Source: Bacillota bacterium (lineage in GTDB: Bacteria > Bacillota > Clostridia > Saccharofermentanales > DTU023). From it: DNA of 64,000 nt. The stretch spans positions 3,118-67,117 of the forward strand of contig JAMNZB010000016.1 of NCBI GenBank assembly GCA_023622515.1. Direction: 5' to 3'. Within the stretch, counting starts at the first letter, position 1. Every line of letters begins with the position of its first letter. Shown here one piece after another: positions 6,780 to 15,052 of this stretch. Made by a program: the position numbers and the translations under genes. Below the pieces are notes generated by a model, which saw only the letters and a program-made list of their open reading frames with translations, searched no databases and was not told where the DNA came from.

Positions 6780-8086
6780 TAATCAATGTTTCCTTCCATA
6801 TCAGTATGGCGCACAACTATGGTCACCGTAGCCGGGGTTAAATTATGAACTTGTGTATAGCGGTTACCTCTTGTTTCAATATGAATGGGGAGTTCGTGCT
6901 TTCCCTCTTCTTTGATTTCTGACAAATCAACATAGGCAATCACATCCCGGCTAGTCAAATTGGCTAAGGTTTCTTGACGTCCCTTTAAATCAACTCGAAT
7001 GGTTTCAATTCTATATTGAGCCGCCAGCCCCTTCAGCTCTAAACTCTCCTGCTCTGTATAGAGCAAGGGGACCTGATAGATTTCGGCTATGACGGGATTT
7101 ATAGTCATTTGCACATAGAACCAGAAAATAACGGCAATGGTCACCGAGGCCATAGCCAAGAAGGCTTTGGTCCGCTTTGTAGGTCCATGCAAGTTTCGGG
7201 CCGGGCTCTTTTTAATGCGGCTAAAGGGAGAACGTTTTTTACTTTCTTTCTGCGGCAAGAGAAGGCGGTGCAGCTGGGTACGCAGGGCATCTTCGTTATC
7301 CAGTGTGTACAGGCGTCCGCCAATGGCAATACTAATCACTCCTCGTTCCTCGGAAACAGCAATCGCTATTGTATCGCCTATTTCACTAGCCCCAATAGCT
7401 GCACGATGCCTTGTCCCTAAATCTTTTCTCAGGTGATAGGCATCGGTTAGGGGGATATGTACTCTAGCAGCAGCAATTCGGCCGTTACGAATTAAAATAG
7501 CGCCATCATGAAGGGGGGAACCTACATAAAATATTTGTTTCAGCACAGTTGTAGAAATTGTGCTGTCTACAGCTACAGCATTTTCTTGCTCGATAAGGTC
7601 ACCTAGAGGAGTTGAACGCTCAATGACAATTAGGGCACCCGTTCTTTTGCCTGCCATTTCCCCACAAGCTTGGACAATAGCTTCAATAATTTTGTGGTCA
7701 AAAGCACCGGAGGTCACACTACCGCCATCAGACATGACTTTAAAGCCCGCCCGTCCGACTGTCTCGAGTGCCCTCCTAAGCTCAGGCTGAAAAAGGACAA
7801 CAAAAGCTATGGCAAATAATGAAATCGTCCTACTTAAGAGAAAGCCTATGGCCGTGAGACCGATAAAATTTGAGATAAAGCCGAAAAATAAAATAAAAAG
7901 GAGACCTTTTAACAGTTGCCAGGCACGTGAATCCCGGACTAACTTTAAGAGATAGTAAAAAATTAAAGTCAGAACGAAGATATCAACTACAGCAAAGACT
8001 AAATCAGATGCCGTGCCTATGTAGAGAAAAGTTTCGCTGATTGTTTGCCAAATTGATTTGAAAAAAATCACGACTCTTTCCCACAT
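6779..8086 (-). CDS. cdaA: Diadenylate cyclase CdaA fused to a short CdaR-like (single YbbR domain) C-terminal module
   Basis: 435 aa. It has three N-terminal TM helices and a DAC domain with the DGA (LHDGAILI) and RHR (GTRHRAAIG) motifs. A Lys/Arg linker follows, then a fourth TM helix (AFLAMASVTIAVIFWFYV). The ~100 aa tail has the YbbR pattern (VPLLY..., IAYVDLSEI..G.HELPI..., P..VTIVV). Confidence 0.85.
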   Translation of the reverse strand: MWERVVIFFKSIWQTISETFLYIGTASDLVFAVVDIFVLTLIFYYLLKLVRDSRAWQLLKGLLFILFFGFISNFIGLTAIGFLLSRTISLFAIAFVVLFQPELRRALETVGRAGFKVMSDGGSVTSGAFDHKIIEAIVQACGEMAGKRTGALIVIERSTPLGDLIEQENAVAVDSTISTTVLKQIFYVGSPLHDGAILIRNGRIAAARVHIPLTDAYHLRKDLGTRHRAAIGASEIGDTIAIAVSEERGVISIAIGGRLYTLDNEDALRTQLHRLLLPQKESKKRSPFSRIKKSPARNLHGPTKRTKAFLAMASVTIAVIFWFYVQMTINPVIAEIYQVPLLYTEQESLELKGLAAQYRIETIRVDLKGRQETLANLTSRDVIAYVDLSEIKEEGKHELPIHIETRGNRYTQVHNLTPATVTIVVRHTDMEGNID

Positions 8087-8156
8087 AAGACTACCCCTTT
8101 CTTAGTAAATGCTTCTATTTGTCTTCCCTTTCGGACAGATAAAAACCTTACTTTAC

Positions 8157-8185
8157 ATTATAGGTATAATACTGGAAAATTTAAA
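8157..8185 (-). promoter_or_regulatory. Candidate sigma-A promoter of the cdaA operon
   Basis: Minus strand: TTTAAA, 17 nt spacer, TATAAT. It lies about 70 nt upstream of the cdaA ATG at 8086. Confidence 0.5.
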
Positions 8186-8220
8186 GAGCAAAATAAGAAT
8201 TGCTTTCAGCGGCTGTCCAA

Positions 8221-8258
8221 GACAAGGCGGATGGACCTTGCCCTGCAAAATCCATCCG
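8221..8258. terminator. Pair of mutually exclusive hairpins downstream of the aminotransferase gene
   Basis: Hairpin A pairs cggatgga (8228-8235) with tccatccg (8251-8258). Hairpin B pairs gacaagg (8221-8227) with ccttgcc (8236-8242). A T-run follows only on the + strand, so assignment as the minus-strand terminator is uncertain. Confidence 0.35.
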
Positions 8259-8321
8259 TTTTCATTAGCTTATGATTGCTTCTACAAGCCTAGCGGCAAG
8301 ATGCCACTCTATCCGCTGCAG

Positions 8322-9506
8322 CTACCGGCACTCCCTAAATAATTCCATAAATAAAGGCAGGGCCCTTTCAATACGTTCTTTGGGCACGCAGTAGGAAACA
8401 CGGACATACTCCTTGCAGCCAAACCCCTCGCCGGGAACGATTAAAACATTCTTTTCTTTGGCCCGATCAGAAAAGGCCTTGCCATCTCCGCAAGGGGCTT
8501 TAACAAACATATAGAAGGCACCATCCGGATTTACACATTCATAGCCTATATCTTGTAAGCCCTGAGCTAAAAGAAGACGGTTTTCATCATATAAGGACAG
8601 GTCAACTTCCGGGTCGGGGAACCGCTCGACAAGCCTTTGGAAGAAAACCGGCGCGCACACATAGCCTAAGGTTCTGGCCGCACCGGCAATAGCTTTATAT
8701 AAGTCTGCGGAATCATCCGCCTCCGGAGGTACGATATAATAGCCAATTCGCTCACCGGGCATGGAATAAATCTTGGAGAAGGAATAGCAGATAATTGTAT
8801 TCCTATAGATATTGGGGATAAAGGGTACTTCTATACCACCATAAACCAATTCCCGGTAAGGTTCATCCGTAATAATATAAATGGGTTTAGCATACTCTTT
8901 GCTCTTTTGTTCTAAAATGTCGGCTAACTCTTGAATCTCTTCACGAGAGTAGACTTTGCCCGCAGGATTATTTGGTGAATTGACAATAACAGCTTGGGTA
9001 TTTTTATTAATCGCTTTTTCTATCTCGGTAAAATTAATACGAAAATCTTCGCTGGCCGGGACAGTGATGTACTTCCCTCCTTTTGTTTCAACGAAATTCC
9101 TGTATTCGGAAAAATAGGGGGCCATGCCAATAAACTCACTGTTTTCGTCAATGGTCAGGGCTGTAAAAGCAGCACAAAGTGCTGCCGCAGCACCACAAGT
9201 CATATAAATATGTTCACTACCGTAATTCGTGCCATAGCGCTTGTTTAAGCTATCGGCAATGGCTTGTCGCGTTGCGGGATAGCCGGCGCTGACAGAATAG
9301 CTATGCAGGGCTACCGGCTCAACAGTCTGCAAAATATCGATCATCGCCTCTGTCATTTCTTGCGGCATAGGAAGGCTGGGATTTCCGATTGTAAAATCAA
9401 AAACCTTGTCTGCCCCTACTTTCTCCGCCTGGATTTGTCCATAATTAAAAAGTTCACGTATAGGCGAGGCTTGGTCACCTAATTGAAACATGCTTTGGTT
9501 ATACAT
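8322..9506 (-). CDS. PLP-dependent aminotransferase, class I/II (aspartate/aromatic-type)
   Basis: 394 aa. Motifs: SPNNPAGKV (NPxNPxG) and the PLP-lysine motif SFSKIYSMPGERIGY. Only 14 nt downstream of iorB. Confidence 0.85.
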   Translation of the reverse strand: MYNQSMFQLGDQASPIRELFNYGQIQAEKVGADKVFDFTIGNPSLPMPQEMTEAMIDILQTVEPVALHSYSVSAGYPATRQAIADSLNKRYGTNYGSEHIYMTCGAAAALCAAFTALTIDENSEFIGMAPYFSEYRNFVETKGGKYITVPASEDFRINFTEIEKAINKNTQAVIVNSPNNPAGKVYSREEIQELADILEQKSKEYAKPIYIITDEPYRELVYGGIEVPFIPNIYRNTIICYSFSKIYSMPGERIGYYIVPPEADDSADLYKAIAGAARTLGYVCAPVFFQRLVERFPDPEVDLSLYDENRLLLAQGLQDIGYECVNPDGAFYMFVKAPCGDGKAFSDRAKEKNVLIVPGEGFGCKEYVRVSYCVPKERIERALPLFMELFRECR

Positions 9507-9520
9507 ACAGCTTTTCCTTT

Positions 9521-10105
9521 CTACTTTTTGACTAAGGCCCTGCCCTCATGAAAGGCTTTCACATTCACTTCAATGTGCTTCTCCGGTACGGTTCTGCGGA
9601 CCACAGATTCCCAGTCAATTTCTTGTAAAACAGGGAAAGCTTCTACCATGGCGCCAAAGAGGACCACGTTCATGGTGCGAGAGTTCCCCAGCTCCTGCGC
9701 TTTGGCCATAGCATCAAAAGAATGGACAACAAACTTCTCTTCCATAGCTTCCAGCAAGCCCTGCGGATATTCACATTTTCCTGTTGCTACAGTAAGGGGG
9801 ACAATTTCATAATTATTGATAATAGCGACGCCTTCCGGTTTGAGATATTCCGCATAACGTACCGCTTCCATTTTCTCAAAGGCAACCAGAACATCTGCCC
9901 CGCCCAAACCGATGATAGGAGAAAGAACTTTTCTTCCGTAGCGGACTTGGGTGGATACACTGCCACCGCGCTGGGCCATCCCGTGAATCTCGCTCATTTT
10001 TACATCGTATCCCTGTTCCATCAGGCCTTCCGTAAGAATTTTAGTAACAAGGATTGTTCCTTGTCCGCCAACACCTGATAATAAAATACTTCTTACATCA
10101 CTCAT
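9521..10105 (-). CDS. iorB: Indolepyruvate:ferredoxin oxidoreductase beta subunit
   Basis: ORF 9521..10228 trimmed to the ATG at 10105, 1 nt after the iorA stop. 194 aa. N-terminus MSDVRSILLSGVGGQGTILVTKIL and HGMAQRGGSV are typical of the OFOR gamma-type/IorB domain. Confidence 0.85.
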   Translation of the reverse strand: MSDVRSILLSGVGGQGTILVTKILTEGLMEQGYDVKMSEIHGMAQRGGSVSTQVRYGRKVLSPIIGLGGADVLVAFEKMEAVRYAEYLKPEGVAIINNYEIVPLTVATGKCEYPQGLLEAMEEKFVVHSFDAMAKAQELGNSRTMNVVLFGAMVEAFPVLQEIDWESVVRRTVPEKHIEVNVKAFHEGRALVKK

Positions 10106-10106
10106 T

Positions 10107-11864
10107 TTATTTGCCTTCCTTTTTGATTGCGCCAACCGGACAAACTTGCATGCAGACCGTGCAACCAATACATAATGTGGAATCAATATAGGCTTTTCCC
10201 TCTTTGAAAAAGACAGCCGGACAGCCAACAGCTAAACAGGCTCTACAGCTGATACAAGTCTCTGAATCGACTTTACAAAGTCCTCTTTCTTGATTCAAAC
10301 CTTTAATTAAAACGCAGGGGCGCTCTGTGATAATTGCCGGACGCTTTCCCTTTTTAAGAAACTCAACAGCCTTGTTGACCACTTTTTTCATCTCCGCCAA
10401 ATCTTGTGGATCAACAACAAAAATCTCATCATAACCGATGGCCCTTAATATTTTTTCAATAGAAACTTTTTCTGCCAGATTACCGAAAAGATTTTTGCCT
10501 GTACCGGGATTATCCTGCTGCCCGGTCATGGATGTAATGCGGTTATCCAAGACACAAGGGATGACCTTGCCTTCATTGTAAAGAATCTCGATTGCACCGG
10601 TAATACCGCTATGGAAGAAGGTAGAGTCACCGATGACGCCGAAGACAAGTTTCTCTTCACCTTTAATCTCAAAGGCGCGAGAAAAGCCATGGCCTGCAGA
10701 AAGTGAGGCTCCCATACAAAGAACAGAATCCATGGCGTTCATAGGGTCAGCACTTCCCAGAGTATAACAGCCGATATCACCGGAGATAACAGCATCTTTC
10801 CGCTTTGAGAGCGTATAGAAGAAACCCCGGTGGGGGCAGCCGGGACAAAGGGCCGGAGGCCTGGCAACAAGGCTCGCATCCGGAGCAACGGTTTCTTCTT
10901 TTATACCAAAAACCGCTTCTTTGATAATAGACGGATTATATTCGTAGCAAATAGGGAGAATATCCTTCCCATGACAATCAATGCCCATGGCTCTGATTTC
11001 TGTTTCCAAGAAGGGATCCAACTCTTCGATGATATACAGCTTTTCAACCCCTTTGGCAAATTCTTTAATCTTTTCCTTAGGCAGAGGCCAGGTCATGGCC
11101 AGCTTTAAAAAAGATGTCCCTTCAGGGAAAGCTTCTTTCGCATACTGATAGGCAACACCTGCGGTAATAACCCCATATTTCCCATCACCTTTTTCCAGGA
11201 CATTTTCAGGAAGTTCTTCGTTAAATGCTTGTAAATCAAGAAGGCGCTGTTCTACTTCAGGATGATGCCTATAGGCATTTGCCGGTGAAGCAATAAACTT
11301 TTGCACCTGGCGTTTATATTCTTTTGGCGGAAACTCTTCCCTTTCTCCGAGTTCAACAATGCTTTTTGAGTGGCAGAGTCTGGTCGTCACCCGGTAAAGG
11401 ACAGGGGTGTCGAACTTTTCCGAAATGTCAAAGGCCAGCTTCATGTAATCCTTGGCTTCTTGTGAATCTGCCGGTTCAAGCATAGGGATTTTAGCGGCTC
11501 GGGCATAATGACGATTGTCCTGCTCGTTTTGCGAGGAAAACATACTTGGATCATCAGCACTTATTATGACAAATCCACCATTTACACCGTTGTAGGCGGC
11601 CGTAAAAATAGCATCTGCCGAAACGTTGACTCCTACATGCTTCATGGCACACATGGCTCGTACCCCTGCCATGGAAGCTCCGTAAGCGGCCTCCGTTGCT
11701 ACTTTTTCATTAGGAGCCCACTCGGCATAGAGCGCATCCTTATAAGCCGGTAGGGCTTCAAAAATTTCCGTACTGGGTGTTCCGGGATAGGCACTCCCGA
11801 AAGCGAGACCTGCCTCATAGGCTCCGCGTGCAATGGCTTCATTGCCGCTTAACAACTTTTTCAT
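10107..11864 (-). CDS. iorA: Indolepyruvate:ferredoxin oxidoreductase alpha subunit (TPP and 2x[4Fe-4S])
   Basis: 585 aa. N-terminus LSGNEAIARGAYEAG..YPGTPSTEI, TPP-binding GDIGCYTLG and GDSTFFHSG, and a C-terminal double CxxCxxCxxxCP ferredoxin motif. Confidence 0.9.
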   Translation of the reverse strand: MKKLLSGNEAIARGAYEAGLAFGSAYPGTPSTEIFEALPAYKDALYAEWAPNEKVATEAAYGASMAGVRAMCAMKHVGVNVSADAIFTAAYNGVNGGFVIISADDPSMFSSQNEQDNRHYARAAKIPMLEPADSQEAKDYMKLAFDISEKFDTPVLYRVTTRLCHSKSIVELGEREEFPPKEYKRQVQKFIASPANAYRHHPEVEQRLLDLQAFNEELPENVLEKGDGKYGVITAGVAYQYAKEAFPEGTSFLKLAMTWPLPKEKIKEFAKGVEKLYIIEELDPFLETEIRAMGIDCHGKDILPICYEYNPSIIKEAVFGIKEETVAPDASLVARPPALCPGCPHRGFFYTLSKRKDAVISGDIGCYTLGSADPMNAMDSVLCMGASLSAGHGFSRAFEIKGEEKLVFGVIGDSTFFHSGITGAIEILYNEGKVIPCVLDNRITSMTGQQDNPGTGKNLFGNLAEKVSIEKILRAIGYDEIFVVDPQDLAEMKKVVNKAVEFLKKGKRPAIITERPCVLIKGLNQERGLCKVDSETCISCRACLAVGCPAVFFKEGKAYIDSTLCIGCTVCMQVCPVGAIKKEGK

Positions 11865-11945
11865 AAATTATTCTCTCCTATCTTGCATCAAGAGTAATGG
11901 GCTGTTTTCAGCAACTGCCCTTGCCAAATAACTTTAATAATAAAA

Positions 11946-12857
11946 CTATTGCCTGCTTGCCGCAAGCATAGCTAAAGCAATAGAATTCACCTTTACCTTG
12001 CTTGAATCGGCTCGTGAGACAAGCATGATTGGCGCTGCCGCTCCCAGAATTAAACCGCCTGAATCAGCATGGCCAAAATAGCTGAGGCTCTTCCCCAGGC
12101 AATTTCCGACCTGAAAATCCGGTACAAGAATAATATCGGCCTCACCGGCTCCTTCTGCTGTATAGGATTTATGCTTGCAAGCTTCCTTGCTAATAGCCAA
12201 ATCCAAGCCAACCGGACCGAAAATATTCATATTCCACTTATTCCAGTGTTCTTTCATAGCAGCAATCGCCTCTGCCTCAAGGCTGTCCTTATTCTTAGGG
12301 TCAACCGTTTCGCTGGCACATAAGATGGCTGTATTCATTGAGCTATAGCCTAAGGCCTGTAATAGCTTGGCGGCATTTTCCAAAATCCGGATCTTGTCTT
12401 CTTGCTTGGGGAAAGTAAACATTCCCCCATCCGTATTAAGAATAAAACCGTCATAGTCCTTGTGCTCGTACAACATAGCGTGGCTCATCACACCCTGAGC
12501 ACGAAGGCCCCGCTCTTTATCCAGAACAGCCCGCAGCAAAACGGATGTTGGCACCAGCCCCTTTAACAAGGCTTTCGCTTTTCCTTCATGGACCAGGTAA
12601 ACAGCTTTCTGAGCAGCTTCCTCCGGGCTTTCCGCATGAACAAGCTCGAAGTCATCAGGTGTGGCCTTTTCTTCTTTAAGCAAAGACCTAATCTCCTTTT
12701 CATCGCCTACTAAAATTGAGTCAGCAAGGCCCTCTTCTTTTGCCTTGATAACAGCTTTTAGTACCTCGGAGTCAGCTGCTGCAGCTACGGCTATACGGCT
12801 TTTTGGCAAGGCCTTGACCGCTTGCCTCACTTTGGCAAATGTATTTAATCTTTTCAT
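11946..12857 (-). CDS. ptb: Phosphate butyryl/acyl-transferase (PTA/PTB family)
   Basis: 303 aa, the length and N-terminus (RIAVAAAADSEVLKAVIKAKEEGLADSILVGD) of Ptb-type phosphotransacylases. The ATG overlaps the citC stop by 4 nt. Confidence 0.8.
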   Translation of the reverse strand: MKRLNTFAKVRQAVKALPKSRIAVAAAADSEVLKAVIKAKEEGLADSILVGDEKEIRSLLKEEKATPDDFELVHAESPEEAAQKAVYLVHEGKAKALLKGLVPTSVLLRAVLDKERGLRAQGVMSHAMLYEHKDYDGFILNTDGGMFTFPKQEDKIRILENAAKLLQALGYSSMNTAILCASETVDPKNKDSLEAEAIAAMKEHWNKWNMNIFGPVGLDLAISKEACKHKSYTAEGAGEADIILVPDFQVGNCLGKSLSYFGHADSGGLILGAAAPIMLVSRADSSKVKVNSIALAMLAASRQ

Positions 12858-13888
12858 TTTAACTCCTTTTTCCGTAAATATTCTTTTGAGCTGTCCGGCA
12901 CAAGCTGCATGGCCTCAGCAAGCTTTCCCTCTTTAAGTAAAGCCCGCACCAGGCTGCCGGAATATATCTGACCGCCGGCACTTGAGCTTCTCTCCATCAC
13001 ATGCACCGCAATACCTGCCTCTGATAACACCCTTCCCAATATCTTGTTATACTCACGAGTTAAATCAGAATGAGGTTCAGACCCCAAGTAACGATGGTGA
13101 ATATGTAAGCTTTGAGCAATACGCACAAAAATTTGCGCATCAATTTCAGCTTGTAAAATGGCTGCCTCATCTAGATTTCTCAAAAAATACGAGGGAAAAC
13201 TCTGCCGGGAAATAATATACGAGGAGCTTTTATGGCAAAGGACTCCGGGGAACTTTGCTGTAGCCTTTTTCAGCATTTCCCAGCGTTCCTGAAAGGAAAA
13301 AAGTGAAACATCCTCTTCTAAAAGGAAAACATGACAAACTCCTTGCTCACTGTGGGCTTTCTCAATTAAAGAAAGATGGCCTTTCGTGAAAGGATTCCCA
13401 TTCATGACAATGGCGGCACTCCCTTCTTCCTTCGCCCTTATAAACTGCTCGTCTGACAAGTTGCCTTTGGTCTCTGCTTGTAATTTATCCAGAAAGTCTG
13501 AAAAGGCCCTGGGGCTATTCTCCATAAAAACCATGAGATTTTGTGCCTCTGCCAGGGTATAGAAACCAAGTTCTTTATAGAGGGCTTCATAGCTTTTTTT
13601 CCCGTATAGGTAATTGCGAAAAATACCTCGCTTGGCCTGGTGAGACAAGAGAGAGCTTACCAGTTGAGCCATCAGACCCTGCCCTCTGAAACTTTCATCG
13701 GAAACCAGGCCACGCAGTGTATTGCCTAAAATGCCTCCACCGGCGACTAGATTACGTTGCCGGTCAAACAGACCGAAAAGCAAGTCCAGGTTTTCGATAA
13801 AAGCTATTTCCGCCTCTTCACACAGCAAGCGATATTGATTTATACTCTTTTCATCGTGTGGGAATATCAGGTTTACTGTGTAGTTCAT
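12854..13888 (-). CDS. citC: [Citrate (pro-3S)-lyase] ligase-like protein (CitC family)
   Basis: 344 aa with an N-terminal GNAT-like region. The C-terminal half is colinear by eye with E. coli CitC: AAIVMNGNPFTKGH, SSYIISRQSFPSYF, LGSEP, SGSLVRALLK..LVP. No citD, citE or citF in the window. Confidence 0.8.
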   Translation of the reverse strand: MNYTVNLIFPHDEKSINQYRLLCEEAEIAFIENLDLLFGLFDRQRNLVAGGGILGNTLRGLVSDESFRGQGLMAQLVSSLLSHQAKRGIFRNYLYGKKSYEALYKELGFYTLAEAQNLMVFMENSPRAFSDFLDKLQAETKGNLSDEQFIRAKEEGSAAIVMNGNPFTKGHLSLIEKAHSEQGVCHVFLLEEDVSLFSFQERWEMLKKATAKFPGVLCHKSSSYIISRQSFPSYFLRNLDEAAILQAEIDAQIFVRIAQSLHIHHRYLGSEPHSDLTREYNKILGRVLSEAGIAVHVMERSSSAGGQIYSGSLVRALLKEGKLAEAMQLVPDSSKEYLRKKELK

Positions 13889-13924
13889 AAGTCTAGACGC
13901 TCATCTTCCTATCCTGTTTAATGC

Positions 13925-15016
13925 TTAATCTCTGTCCCTTTCCGCAACAATATCACTTACCTGGCTTAATCCCTCAGGGAGCTGGAATAAGTTTTCATCA
14001 TAGCGGTTTGAGGCCTCATAGACACGAACGGTTTGGGTTATTTTTCCATCTTCAAAACTTCTGTGCCCTACAAGAACATCACCGATAAAGTAATAACGGA
14101 CATAGCGCTCGCCATCCGCTGTAAATTCTTCAAATTGAACACGTTTTCCAAAAAAGACAGCACTCCCCTTACCGGTGTCCACAAAATTCTCCGCATTTGC
14201 CTCAATTTGCCGGAAAGCCCCCATAGACAACTCGTTTTGTGTTGTACTTAAACCGGGTAAAATAACGTAGGTCATATTTTGCAAATCCATTTGATAATAA
14301 TTGCTTTCACTAAGCTGCAAGAGGGCTAAATCACTTTCGTAACTGGAAACTCGCATATAGGCTTTACCACCGCTTAGGGCTAAGTAGACTTCGACGGTTT
14401 CTTTTTCCCAACCCTCCTTCTCTTCACCGGGCAAAAGGACATAATGATAGGTAACCGGCTCTGTTGATAAGGTGCGGAAAAAGCGCTCCGCTTTCGTCCC
14501 CGCAACTCCGCGAATCGGATTGTTTGAAGGCACGGACATAGGAACAGACGGTTCCTCGTTTATAGTAGCATCTGCAAGCTGAGCATAAAGGGGCACATCC
14601 TCCTTATTTCCCTGAGAACTTGCGATGTCCCTGGGAGTTTCTGCAGATTCCTCTTCCGTATCTTCACCGGTCTGCTTTGTTAGTCCGGAAGCAGTCTCAA
14701 TATTTTGAGTTTCCTCAGAATCGGTCTCGTCCTTTCCGCTAGTCCTGCTTTCAGTGGCGGGTGTTTCGATTTGGCTTGTACTTGACAAAGACTCTTCTTC
14801 CGCGGTCTCTGTTCCTTCAATATCGCCCTGACCTCCTTTGTCAGCCTCTTCCTTGTCTTGGTCGGGGGCCTCAAAAGTAAAAGGTTTTGTTTCCTCTACA
14901 CTTTTTAGCTCCGTTTCCTTACAAGCAGCAAGAAAAAGCACAAGGAGCAGAGTGAAAACAAGGAGCATCACTTTTCCTATTTTTCTGTTACAGGTTTCTC
15001 TATTAATTACTTTCAT
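13925..15016 (-). CDS. Hypothetical lipoprotein with an acidic low-complexity linker
   Basis: 363 aa. Signal peptide plus lipobox (LFLAAC), a Glu/Thr/Ser-rich stretch of ~130 aa, then a ~200 aa domain with no motif I recognise. Confidence 0.6.
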   Translation of the reverse strand: MKVINRETCNRKIGKVMLLVFTLLLVLFLAACKETELKSVEETKPFTFEAPDQDKEEADKGGQGDIEGTETAEEESLSSTSQIETPATESRTSGKDETDSEETQNIETASGLTKQTGEDTEEESAETPRDIASSQGNKEDVPLYAQLADATINEEPSVPMSVPSNNPIRGVAGTKAERFFRTLSTEPVTYHYVLLPGEEKEGWEKETVEVYLALSGGKAYMRVSSYESDLALLQLSESNYYQMDLQNMTYVILPGLSTTQNELSMGAFRQIEANAENFVDTGKGSAVFFGKRVQFEEFTADGERYVRYYFIGDVLVGHRSFEDGKITQTVRVYEASNRYDENLFQLPEGLSQVSDIVAERDRD

Positions 15017-15052
15017 ACATTTACCGAGTTCAATTCCTTTATCCTGTGGCGT

